Below are positions 18,723 to 28,175 of a DNA stretch of 64,000 nt, in pieces (the stretch's first letter is position 1; the number at the start of each line of letters is the position of its first letter). Made by a program: the position numbers and the translations under genes. This stretch comes from Candidatus Latescibacterota bacterium (GTDB taxonomy: Bacteria > Latescibacterota > UBA2968 > UBA8231), in NCBI GenBank assembly GCA_965243025.1, contig CBDETY010000003.1, forward strand, positions 5,888,001 to 5,952,000, read 5' to 3'. The notes under the pieces were generated by a model, which was not told where the DNA came from, did not search any database, and was given only the letters and a program-made list of their open reading frames with translations.

Positions 18723-21700
18723 TGATCGGCCGCATAATCGAAGCCTGCGTCGGCAACAAGCTGCTGACCCTGCTGCTGGCCCTGCTGGCCGCCGGCGCCG
18801 GCTTCCTCGCCATGTCCGACACCCCGCTCGACGCCATCCCCGACCTGTCGGACGTGCAGGTGATCGTCTACACCGAGTACCCGGGACAGGCCCCGCAGGT
18901 GGTCGAGGACCAGGTGACCTTTCCGCTGAGCACGGCGATGCTCGCGGTGCCGTTCGCAAAGGCGGTGAGGGGGTACTCCTTCTTCGGGCTCTCCTTCGTC
19001 TACGTCATCTTCGAGGACGGCACCGACATCTACTGGGCGCGCAGCCGCGTGCTGGAGTACCTGAACTTCGCCGGCGACCGCCTGCCGGAAGGGGTGCTTC
19101 CCAGGCTCGGTCCGGACGCCACCGGGGTCGGCTGGGTGTACGAGTACGCCCTGGTCGACACCAGCGGCCGCCTCGACCTCGCCGAGCTGCGCTCGATCCA
19201 GGACTGGTACCTGCGCTACGAGCTGACCAGCGTGCCGGGGGTCGCCGAGGTCGCCAGCATCGGCGGCTTCGTCAAGCAGTACCAGGTGACCGTCGACCCC
19301 AACAAGCTGCTGGCCTACGGGATCCCCCTGCAGCATGTCCGGACCGCCATCCAGCGCAGCAACCGCGACGTCGGCGGCCGCCTCATCGAGCTGGCCGAGA
19401 CCGAGTTCATGGTGCGCGGCCTCGGGTACATCCGGTCGCTGGAGGACATCGGCAACGTGCCGGTGAGCGCCGGCCGCTCGGGGACGCCGGTGCGGGTGCG
19501 CGACGTCGCCACCGTGCAGGTGGGGCCGGAGCTGCGCCGCGGCCTGGCGGAGTGGAACGGCGAAGGGGAGGTCGCCGGCGGCATCGTGGTGATGCGCTAC
19601 GGCGAGAACGCCCTGAAGGTGATCGACGCCGTCAAGGAGAGACTCGGAGAGCTCGAGGCCGGCCTGCCGGAAGGGGTGGTGGTGGAGACCGCCTACGACC
19701 GCTCCGGCCTCATCCGCCGCGCCGTCGGCCACCTGCAGGAGAAGCTGATCGAGGAGTGCCTCGTGGTCGCCGCGGTATGCGGGCTCTTTCTCCTCCATTT
19801 CCGCAGCGCCTTCGCCGCCGTCGTCACCCTGCCCCTGGGCATCCTGATCTCCTTCATCGTCATGTGGGGCCAGGGGATCAACGCCAACATCATGTCGCTC
19901 GGGGGGATCGCCATCGCCGTCGGCGCCATGGTCGACGCCGGCATCGTGCAGATCGAGAACGCCCACCGGCACCTCGCGCGGGACCGGGGCCGCAAGGGGC
20001 ACTGGGAGATCATCGCCGCCTCTTCGAGGGAGGTGGGGCCGGCCCTGTTCTTCTCGCTGCTGATCGTCACCCTCTCCTTCCTGCCGGTTTTCACCCTGGA
20101 GGCGCAGGAGGGGCGGCTGTTCAAGCCGCTGGCCTACACCAAGACCTACGCCATGGCCGCCGCCGCCATCCTGTCGATCACGGTGGTGCCGGTGCTGATC
20201 GGCTTCTGCCTGCGCGGCCGCGTCGTCGACGCCGACCGCAACCCCCTCAACCGCCTGCTGACCCGGGGGTACGCGCCGGTCCTCGGCTGGCTGCTGCGCC
20301 ACAAGGCCGCGGTGCTCGCCGCGGCCGCGGCGGTGATGTTCGTGTCGCTGTTTCCCTTCCGCAGCGCCGTGGTCGAGCGCTTCGCCGAGCGGCCGCAAAG
20401 TCTGGCGCACCAGGCCTTGTCACGCCTGCAGCGGCTGTTTCCCCTCGAGATGATCGGGTCGGAGTTCATGCCGCCGCTGTACGAGGGGGACCTGCTCTAC
20501 ATGCCGACGACCCTGCCGGGGGTGTCGGTGACCAAGGCGCGGGAGCTGCTGCAGCAGACCGACCGCATCATCGGCACCTTCCCGGAGGTCGAGAACGTCT
20601 TCGGAAAGATCGGCCGCGCCGAGACCGCCACCGACCCGGCGCCGCTGTCGATGATCGAGACCACCATCACCCTGCGGCCGCAGGAGGAGTGGCGGCCGGG
20701 GATGACCCCCGAGAAGCTGGTCGAGGAGCTCGACGCCGCGGTCCGCTTCCCCGGCCTCACCAACTCCTGGACCATGCCGATCAAGACGCGCATCGACATG
20801 CTCTCCACCGGCATCAAGACCCCCGTCGGCATCAAGGTCGCAGGGGACGACCTCGAGACGCTCGAGGAGGTCGGGCGGCGCATCGAGCAGGTTGTGCGGG
20901 AGCTTCCAGGCACGGCCAGCGTCTACGCCGAGCGGGTGGCCGGCGGCAACTACCTCGACTTCGAGATCGACCGCGAGGAGGCGGCGCGCTACGGCCTGAC
21001 GGTCGGCGACGTGCAGGAGGTGATCCTGTCGGCGATGGGGGGCGTCAACGTCACCTACACGGTCGAGGGGCGCGAGCGCTACCCCGTCAACCTGCGCTAC
21101 GGGCGGGAGCTGCGCGACAACCTGCCGGCCCTGAGGCGGGTCCTGGTGGCCACCCCCGCCGGGGCGCAGATCCCCATCGGGCAGGTCGCCGACCTGCGCA
21201 TCCGCAAGGGGCCGCCCGGCATCAAGAGCGAGAACGCGCGCCTCAACGCCTGGGTCTACGTCGACATCCGCGACGTCGACGTCGGCAGCTACGTCGAGCG
21301 CGCCAGGAAGATCGTCGGCGAGGAGGTCGACCTGCCGGCGGGGTACAGCCTGGTCTGGAGCGGCCAGTACGAATACATGGAAAGGGCCCGGCAGCGGCTG
21401 ACTCTCGTCGTTCCACTGACGCTTGCCGTAATCTTCCTGCTCCTGTATCTCCATTTCCGCAGAGTCGCCGAGTGCCTGATGGTCATGCTGACGCTCCCGT
21501 TCGCCCTCGTCGGGGGGATCTGGCTCATCTACCTGCTCGGCTACAACATGAGCGTCGCCGTCGGCGTCGGGTTCATCGCGCTGGCCGGGGTCAGCGCCGA
21601 GCTCGGGGTGGTCATGCTCACCTACCTCGACCAGGAGCTCGACAGCAGGCGCAGGGAGGGCCGGCTCGAAACCGCCGGAGATCTCGCCGCGGCCGTCGTC

Positions 21701-21967
21701 GAGGGGGCTTCGAGACGGGTGCGGCCGGTATTCATGACCGTGGGCTCGACGGTCGGCGGCCTGCTGCCGATCATGTGGGCCACGGGAACCGGGTCCCAGG
21801 TGATGAAGCGGATAGCCGCCCCGATGGTAGGGGGGCTGGCGACCGCCACCCTGCTGGCGCTGCTGGTGCTGCCGGCCGTTTACACGTTATGGCGCGGGTG
21901 GGAACTGCGCCGCCGCGCGAAACCGGAAACAGATACCCACACTCACAAGGAAGGAGTGAAAGCATGA
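18722..21967 (+). CDS. cusA: Heavy-metal efflux RND permease, CusA/SilA family
   Basis: PLDAIPDLSDVQVI, YWARSRVLEYL, GPDATGVGWVYEY, GDLLYMPTTLPG, TDPAPLSMIET, MPIKTRIDMLSTG; Met-rich site typical of Cu(I)/Ag(I) pumps. Confidence 0.95.
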   Translation: MIGRIIEACVGNKLLTLLLALLAAGAGFLAMSDTPLDAIPDLSDVQVIVYTEYPGQAPQVVEDQVTFPLSTAMLAVPFAKAVRGYSFFGLSFVYVIFEDGTDIYWARSRVLEYLNFAGDRLPEGVLPRLGPDATGVGWVYEYALVDTSGRLDLAELRSIQDWYLRYELTSVPGVAEVASIGGFVKQYQVTVDPNKLLAYGIPLQHVRTAIQRSNRDVGGRLIELAETEFMVRGLGYIRSLEDIGNVPVSAGRSGTPVRVRDVATVQVGPELRRGLAEWNGEGEVAGGIVVMRYGENALKVIDAVKERLGELEAGLPEGVVVETAYDRSGLIRRAVGHLQEKLIEECLVVAAVCGLFLLHFRSAFAAVVTLPLGILISFIVMWGQGINANIMSLGGIAIAVGAMVDAGIVQIENAHRHLARDRGRKGHWEIIAASSREVGPALFFSLLIVTLSFLPVFTLEAQEGRLFKPLAYTKTYAMAAAAILSITVVPVLIGFCLRGRVVDADRNPLNRLLTRGYAPVLGWLLRHKAAVLAAAAAVMFVSLFPFRSAVVERFAERPQSLAHQALSRLQRLFPLEMIGSEFMPPLYEGDLLYMPTTLPGVSVTKARELLQQTDRIIGTFPEVENVFGKIGRAETATDPAPLSMIETTITLRPQEEWRPGMTPEKLVEELDAAVRFPGLTNSWTMPIKTRIDMLSTGIKTPVGIKVAGDDLETLEEVGRRIEQVVRELPGTASVYAERVAGGNYLDFEIDREEAARYGLTVGDVQEVILSAMGGVNVTYTVEGRERYPVNLRYGRELRDNLPALRRVLVATPAGAQIPIGQVADLRIRKGPPGIKSENARLNAWVYVDIRDVDVGSYVERARKIVGEEVDLPAGYSLVWSGQYEYMERARQRLTLVVPLTLAVIFLLLYLHFRRVAECLMVMLTLPFALVGGIWLIYLLGYNMSVAVGVGFIALAGVSAELGVVMLTYLDQELDSRRREGRLETAGDLAAAVVEGASRRVRPVFMTVGSTVGGLLPIMWATGTGSQVMKRIAAPMVGGLATATLLALLVLPAVYTLWRGWELRRRAKPETDTHTHKEGVKA

Positions 21968-22428
21968 AACGCTTTCGATTCGCCGCCGTACTGGCCATCG
22001 CCATGCCGGCCGCAGCCGCCGGCAGCCAGTGCTCGGTGCACGAGGACAAGGCCTCCGTCCCGAAGGCGGGGGCGGCCGAGGCCGCCGTCGCCGATACCGC
22101 CTCCATGCAGGGAGAGATCGTCGACATCGCCTGCTATTTCCGCCACGATTCCAAGGGCGAGGAGCACACCAGCTGCGCCGTCTACTGCGCCAACCTCGGG
22201 ATGCCGATGGCCTTCCTCGAGGAGGGGACGGGGAACCTCTTCGTGGTGCTGCCCTCCGGGCACGCGGACCCGAAGGAAGCGGTGCTGCCGCACCTCGGAA
22301 AGAAGGTCGACGTAGAAGGGGTTCTGATGGCTTCCGGGGGCCTGACCGGAATCGAGATCATCGGGATTCGACCTGCCGGAGCCGGCCCTGCTTCGCCACA
22401 GAAAAAGGAGGGGCACAGTGAGCACTAA
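21964..22428 (+). CDS. Exported Cys/His-motif hypothetical protein (probable metal-binding)
   Basis: ATG overlaps the cusA stop after an AAGGAG RBS; signal peptide; GEIVDIACY...HTSCAVYC motif. Confidence 0.75.
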   Translation: MKRFRFAAVLAIAMPAAAAGSQCSVHEDKASVPKAGAAEAAVADTASMQGEIVDIACYFRHDSKGEEHTSCAVYCANLGMPMAFLEEGTGNLFVVLPSGHADPKEAVLPHLGKKVDVEGVLMASGGLTGIEIIGIRPAGAGPASPQKKEGHSEH

Positions 22429-22753
22429 ACGGATAGTGGTCCTCGCGGCCGCCGCCGCGGCTGTTCTTCTCGCCGGGGGCGGCTACCTCCTGCAGGAGCA
22501 AAGCCAGCCGCCGGAGCTGCCGCCCGACGGACTCGCCCTCTACCGGACGCTGCTCGAGGAGATCCCCGAGGTGGTGAGCCAGGTGCCGTGCGCCTGTTGC
22601 AAACAGACCCTGTCCTGGTGTTACCAGGGAGGCTGTCCCCCCACCTGACGGCAGTGCAACGAAGAGGGCCGTGACGCCTTCAAGTGGCACCACGAAGGAA
22701 AGGACATCGAGGAGATCAAGGAGCTGATCCTGGCGAAGTACTTCGACCAGTAG
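22418..22753 (+). CDS. PCYCGC-like membrane-anchored protein, predicted selenoprotein (TGA 22646-22648 read as Sec, UxxC)
   Basis: The frame stays open and codon-typical after the TGA: ...VPCACCKQTLSWCYQGGCPPT-U-RQCNEEGRDAFKWHHEGKDIEEIKELILAKYFDQ-TAG. This matches the CxxC...GKS..EI...I..KY tail of PCYCGC-family proteins. Confidence 0.75.
22649..22690 (+). promoter_or_regulatory. Candidate bacterial SECIS hairpin
   Basis: Stem GAGGGC/GCCTTC with loop CGTGAC (contains GU) about 22 nt after the UGA; possible lower pairing GTGC/GCAC. Confidence 0.55.
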
Positions 22754-22777
22754 TTACCAGGTCGGTTCAAAAAAATC

Positions 22778-22830
22778 CGTAAATTCAGATTTGTAAACTG
22801 ACCGAATTAACGTAAATTCAGTCAGTTACA
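22778..22830. promoter_or_regulatory. AT-rich inverted/direct repeat immediately upstream of the AAA ATPase
   Basis: TGTAAACTGACCGAATT..AATTCAGTCAGTTACA forms an imperfect palindrome; CGTAAATTCAG occurs twice. Confidence 0.5.
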
Positions 22831-23981
22831 TGGCTGAAATTTACATACCTCAGGCACAACTTACTCGGCTCGAGCGTTCGGTCGCGCCGGGAAAGGTCGT
22901 CGTGGTGTACGGTCCGAGGAGGGTCGGGAAGACCACCTTGATCCGGCGCTACGTCCAGCAGCACGACCGGGAGGCCCTCGTGGTGACAGGCGAGGACATC
23001 GCCGTGCGCGAGTACCTGGAAAGCCAGTCCCTTGACAGGCTCAGGGCTTTCGTCGGCGGGCGGCGGACGCTGATCGTGGACGAAGCCCAGTACGTGCGCC
23101 AGATCGGCCTGAACCTCAAGCTGCTTGCCGATCACGTCGAAGGCCTCCGCATAATCGCAACGGGCTCCTCTTCCTTCGATCTCGCCCGACAGACCGGCGA
23201 ACCCCTGACGGGGCGCAAGTACACGCTGCTGCTCCTGCCCCTCGCCCAGTTGGAGCTCCGGGAAGTAGAAGGAGCCCATGAAACGAAGGCGCGGCTGGAA
23301 ATGCGGCTGATCTACGGGTCCTACCCGGAGGTCGTCCTCATGGAAGCGAACGAAGACCGCGAGCTCTACATCCGTGAGCTGGTCGCTTCCTATCTGTTCA
23401 AGGACATCCTGCAGCTGGAGGGGGTCCGGCACACCGACAAGCTGCTGCGCCTGCTGCAGCTGCTGGCTTTCCAGATCGGCCGCGAGGTTTCAGTGTCGGA
23501 ACTGGGGACTCAGCTCGGCATGAACAAGAACACGGTGGACCGCTATCTCGGCCTGCTGGAGAAAGCCTACGTCATCTACAGCCGGGGCGGATTCAGCCGC
23601 AATCTCCGCAAGGAGATCATCAAGAGCCGGCGCTACTACTTCTACGACAACGGGATCAGGAACGGACTGATCGGCAACTTCAACCCGCTGTCTCTGCGGG
23701 ACGACACCGGCGCCCTGTGGGAGAACTACATCATGGTCGAGCGGCTGAAGTACAACCTTTACACCGGGCGCCTGGCCGAGAGCCGTTTCTGGCGCACTTA
23801 CGACCAGCAGGAAATCGACCTGGTTGAGGAGTGGGGCGGGCGACTGTACGCGGCCGAGATGAAGTGGTCGGCCAAACCTGTTCGAGCCGTGCGTGCCCCC
23901 GGCGCCTGGCGGCAGGCATATCCGGGCAGCTCGTTCGAGGTGGTTCACCCCGGGAATTACCTCGATTTCATAACAGGCTGA
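22830..23981 (+). CDS. AAA+ ATPase (AAA_14 + DUF4143 type)
   Basis: GPRRVGKTT, IVDEAQ, ATGSSSF, EPLTGRK, YGSYPE, YFYDNGIRN, GALWEN, FWRT...EIDLV...EMK. Confidence 0.9.
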   Translation: MAEIYIPQAQLTRLERSVAPGKVVVVYGPRRVGKTTLIRRYVQQHDREALVVTGEDIAVREYLESQSLDRLRAFVGGRRTLIVDEAQYVRQIGLNLKLLADHVEGLRIIATGSSSFDLARQTGEPLTGRKYTLLLLPLAQLELREVEGAHETKARLEMRLIYGSYPEVVLMEANEDRELYIRELVASYLFKDILQLEGVRHTDKLLRLLQLLAFQIGREVSVSELGTQLGMNKNTVDRYLGLLEKAYVIYSRGGFSRNLRKEIIKSRRYYFYDNGIRNGLIGNFNPLSLRDDTGALWENYIMVERLKYNLYTGRLAESRFWRTYDQQEIDLVEEWGGRLYAAEMKWSAKPVRAVRAPGAWRQAYPGSSFEVVHPGNYLDFITG

Positions 23982-24011
23982 GGCGGCGCGAAGGAGCCGA
24001 AGACCTGGGGG

Positions 24012-27000
24012 TCAGCTCTCCTTCCGCCCCGAGAACGGCTTCGCCTTCCCTTCGGCGACGAACCTCTCGAACACCCCCCTGGTATCGCTCATCAGCTGCC
24101 TCAGCTCCTCCTCCAGGGCTTTGCCGTCGGCCGTACCCAGGGTCCGGGCAAGCCTTTCCAGCTCGGCGCCGCCGGGCAGGGCGGTGATCGGGCGGTTGCC
24201 CATCATGCGGAACCCCTTCTCCACCTCGCGGAAGCGGTCGTAGGCCGGCAGCAGGACCTGCCCGTCCTCGCGGCCGATCAGGCCGCTCTCGAGCAGCCGC
24301 ACCAGCCGCGGGCGGGTGCCGCTCGTCGCCAGGCCCGGCGTGGTTTTCCCGTGGGTGATCAGCAGGATCTGGGCGATGAACTCGATGTCGGTGATGCCGC
24401 CGCGGCCGCGCTTGATGTCGACGCTTCCCGGCTGCACCGACTCCTTCAGCCGGCCGTGGATGTCGACGAGGCGCTCGAAGCGGTCACCGTCAACGGGGTC
24501 GCGGAAGAGGAAGGTCCCGATCGCCCGCTGCACCTTCCCGCACAGGGCCGGATCGCCGGCAACGGGGCGGGAGCGGGACAGGGCGAGCCGCTCCCAGTCG
24601 ATGGCGCGGGTCTTCAGGTAGCGCCGGTACCCGGCCAGGTCTATGGCGATCGGCGCCCTTCTGCCCTCGGGGCGCAGGCGCGCGTCGACCTCGTAGGACA
24701 TCTCCTTCAGGGTCTGCATGAAGACCTGGGCGAGCTCGCTGAAGAACTCGTTGTTGTCGACCGACCTGCCGGTCTGGCCGGCGGCCCCGTACACGAAGAA
24801 GAGATCGAGGTCGGAGCCGAAGTTGAGCTCGCGGCCCCCGTACTTGCCGGCGGCGAGGCAGGCGAACCCGACCTCGGCCCCGCGCCGGGACCGCGGCCGT
24901 CCGCGCCGCTGGACGCAGCTGCGCCAGGCGTGGCGGAAGGCGATCCGCACCATGCTGTCGGCGAGGTCGGACAGCTGCAGGAAGGTCTCCTCCGGGTTCG
25001 ACAGGCCGAGCAGGTCTTCGGCGCCGATGCGCAGCAGCTCGCGGTTGCGGTAGCGGGCCGCCGCTCCCAGGTCGGGAGCGCCTCCCTCGGGCGCGGCTCC
25101 GCCGGCGGACAGGACCGGGGTGACGAGGCGGTCGAGCAGCGCCGGATCGCGCACCACGAGGTCGGTCAGGTACTGGCTGGCGCCGCAGATGGAGATCAGC
25201 ATCCGCCGGAACTCGGCGTTGCTCTCGAGGAGCTGCAGGAAGATCCCTGGCGCCCCGTAGGCGCTTATGACGCCGCGCAGCCGCACCAGGGCCTGCAGGG
25301 GATCGGGCGAGGCCCCGAGGCCGGCGAGCACTCCCGGGATCATGGCTCCGAAGTTGCGCCGCGCAAGCTCGGTCATCATCGGCTCGGAGCTCATCTCCGC
25401 CAGGATCTTGCGGGCCGGCTCCGGGGCGTCGAAACCCAGGCCCCCGAGCCGTTCCTCGATCGCCTCCGGATCGGCGGTCAGCCAGTCGAGGTCCCCCCCG
25501 TCGGCGGCCGGCTCGGGGAAAAAGACGTCGTCGTAGATCGCCCGCACGCGGGCCAGGTGGCCCTGGATCTCATCGTCGAGAGCGTCCTCGCCGTCGAGAT
25601 CGAGGGCGGCGGCCAGACCGGTCCGGGCCTCGGGGGAGTCCGGGACCTGGTAGACGGCCCGGTCCGACTCGATCTGCAGGAGGTTCTCGAGCCGGCGCAG
25701 GAAGCGGTAGGCGGCCCGCAGGTCGCGGGCCTCTGACGCGGACAGCGTCCCGGCCGCCCGCAGCCTCGATATCGCCTCGAGGGTGTTGCCCGAGCGCGCC
25801 CGCCGGTTGGCCCCCCCGCTGATCAGCTGCAGGCACTGGACGGCGAACTCGATGTCGCGGATTCCCCCGGGGCGCAGCTTGATGTTCTCGGGACTGCGCG
25901 ACTTCTCGACTTTGGCCTCGATGCGCTGCTTGACGTGCCGGATCTCCCGCTGCGGCGCCTCCTCGAGGCGGCCGGGATAGACGAAGGAGACCAGCATCTG
26001 CTGGAACTGCCTCCACAGCCGGACCGAGCCGGCGGCCCGCCGCGCCTTTATCAGCATCTGCCGTTCCCACAGCTCCCCACGGGTCTCGTAATGGACCCAG
26101 TAGCTGCGCATCGAGCGCACCAGGGGGCCGCGCAGGCCGTCGGGCCGCAGGCGCATGTCGACCCGGTACAGACTCCCATCCACGGTCACCCGGGTCAGCT
26201 CGCGGATCAGGGTCTCCCCGAGGCGGGTGAAGAACTCGTAGTTGTCGGTCGGCTGGCTCCCCTCGGCCGCGGCCGTGCCCTCGCCGTCGTAGACGAAGAG
26301 GAGGTCGACGTCGGAACTGAAGTTGAGCTCCTCGCCGCCGTACTTGCCGAGGGCGACGACGCAGAAGCGGGCGCGCCGGCCGCGGTGGTCGCGGGGAACC
26401 CCGTAGCGTTCCTCCAACTGCCGGGTCACGGTCTCGAGGACGGTTTCGAGAACGAAGTCCGCCAGCCAGGCCAGCTCCGCCCCGATGCGGGCGACGTCCT
26501 TGAGGCCGAGGATTTCGGAAGCCCCGAGGCGCAGCAACTCCCGCCGCTGCCCCCGCCGCAGTTGCTCGAGGCCGGCTCCGCCGGGAGCCCTCAGGTCGAA
26601 GTCGCGGCGCAGGCTGGCTCCCAGCCGCCTGCGGTCGAGGGCGCGGCGGAGAAACGGGGTTTCCTCGAGGAGCCAGTAGAGGTACCCGGGATCGCGGACC
26701 AGGATGTCGGTCAGCAGGGCGCTGTGCCCGAGGAGGGCGAGCAGGCCGTCGCAGAGGGGACCGGAATCGGCGAGACGGCGGTAGAGGGTGAAGGGGGCTC
26801 CGCCGGCGCTGGCGAAACGCTCGAAGTGGCGCAGCGCCCGGTCGGGACGTCCGCAGACGGATGCGGAGACCAGCACCTCGGGGGGCGGTCCCGTGGAGGA
26901 TTCGGCGGACTTTTTCCCGCGGCCCCGGGGCCGGCGCTGCGAACCGCCGGTACCGGCGGCCTCGTGGAGCCGCTCGAGGATGAGGCCGGCCTGCTCCGGC

Positions 27001-27098
27001 TCGCTGAAACCGAGCCGCTTCAGCGAGCCGGCGGCCCCCTTTCCAGCCAAGGCCTTGCGGGCGAGTGCCAGCAGCGGCCCCCGGTCTGCGTCCCGCAT
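24012..27098 (-). CDS. glnE: Bifunctional glutamine synthetase adenylyltransferase/deadenylase
   Basis: Two nucleotidyltransferase domains (LGKYGGEELNFSSDVDL...VDMRLRPDG; AGKYGGRELNFGSDLDL...VDARLRPEG) and GGIRDIEF/GGITDIEF. Confidence 0.93.
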   Translation of the reverse strand: MRDADRGPLLALARKALAGKGAAGSLKRLGFSEPEQAGLILERLHEAAGTGGSQRRPRGRGKKSAESSTGPPPEVLVSASVCGRPDRALRHFERFASAGGAPFTLYRRLADSGPLCDGLLALLGHSALLTDILVRDPGYLYWLLEETPFLRRALDRRRLGASLRRDFDLRAPGGAGLEQLRRGQRRELLRLGASEILGLKDVARIGAELAWLADFVLETVLETVTRQLEERYGVPRDHRGRRARFCVVALGKYGGEELNFSSDVDLLFVYDGEGTAAAEGSQPTDNYEFFTRLGETLIRELTRVTVDGSLYRVDMRLRPDGLRGPLVRSMRSYWVHYETRGELWERQMLIKARRAAGSVRLWRQFQQMLVSFVYPGRLEEAPQREIRHVKQRIEAKVEKSRSPENIKLRPGGIRDIEFAVQCLQLISGGANRRARSGNTLEAISRLRAAGTLSASEARDLRAAYRFLRRLENLLQIESDRAVYQVPDSPEARTGLAAALDLDGEDALDDEIQGHLARVRAIYDDVFFPEPAADGGDLDWLTADPEAIEERLGGLGFDAPEPARKILAEMSSEPMMTELARRNFGAMIPGVLAGLGASPDPLQALVRLRGVISAYGAPGIFLQLLESNAEFRRMLISICGASQYLTDLVVRDPALLDRLVTPVLSAGGAAPEGGAPDLGAAARYRNRELLRIGAEDLLGLSNPEETFLQLSDLADSMVRIAFRHAWRSCVQRRGRPRSRRGAEVGFACLAAGKYGGRELNFGSDLDLFFVYGAAGQTGRSVDNNEFFSELAQVFMQTLKEMSYEVDARLRPEGRRAPIAIDLAGYRRYLKTRAIDWERLALSRSRPVAGDPALCGKVQRAIGTFLFRDPVDGDRFERLVDIHGRLKESVQPGSVDIKRGRGGITDIEFIAQILLITHGKTTPGLATSGTRPRLVRLLESGLIGREDGQVLLPAYDRFREVEKGFRMMGNRPITALPGGAELERLARTLGTADGKALEEELRQLMSDTRGVFERFVAEGKAKPFSGRKES

Positions 27099-27108
27099 GA
27101 GAATCCGG

Positions 27109-27516
<408 letters not shown>

Positions 27517-27584
27517 TTAATTGCTCGCGTGGCACACAATGTAAGAAACCGGCACGAACTGCCCGAAATCCGCGGCCTGCGGCG

Positions 27585-28163
27585 ATGAGCGAGGGGGAAG
27601 GCGGCTTCCCGCGGCGGCTTGTGCCGCGGCTGTTCATCGCCCAGAAGGAGCGGCCCGGCCACCTGGGGGAGATCGACCTCGAGGCGCTGACCCCGTTCGA
27701 GCGCGGACTGCTCGTCATCGTCGGCCTGGTGACCCAGTTCATCGAGGCGCACCAGCTCGAAGCGGTCGACGTCGAACAGCTCTCCCAGGAGAGAATCGCC
27801 CTGGAAGAGGACCAGCCCTGGCTGGAGGCGGCCTTCGGCGACCTGGTGGCTTCGCGCTCGGTGCTGCTGACCGGGGCGGCCAGCGGCAGGGTGTACGTTC
27901 ACGGGCAGGCCCTGATCGTCGAGGAGCGCCTGCCCCCCGGGATGCGGATCGCCCTCGCCAGACCGGATCTCGGCATCGGCCGCGCCCTGCGCCGGGAGCG
28001 GATCGAGCTGTACGGCGACCTGCTCTGGTGCGGAACGGAGCAGGTCGACCTTCCGGGACTGCCCTCCGACCGCGCCGTGGTCAGCCGCACCTACCGCTTC
28101 GTCACCGCGGGAACCCCGTCGATGCTGATCACCGAGCGCTTCGCCCTCCAGGGGAACAGCTGA
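27585..28163 (+). CDS. Chorismate pyruvate-lyase-like (DUF98/Rv2949c-like) protein
   Basis: LTPFERGLL..G.VTQFIEA...R.VLL.G...GIGRAL...SRTY...MLITERF pattern. Confidence 0.65.
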   Translation: MSEGEGGFPRRLVPRLFIAQKERPGHLGEIDLEALTPFERGLLVIVGLVTQFIEAHQLEAVDVEQLSQERIALEEDQPWLEAAFGDLVASRSVLLTGAASGRVYVHGQALIVEERLPPGMRIALARPDLGIGRALRRERIELYGDLLWCGTEQVDLPGLPSDRAVVSRTYRFVTAGTPSMLITERFALQGNS

Positions 28164-28175
28164 GCAGGAGCTTCC

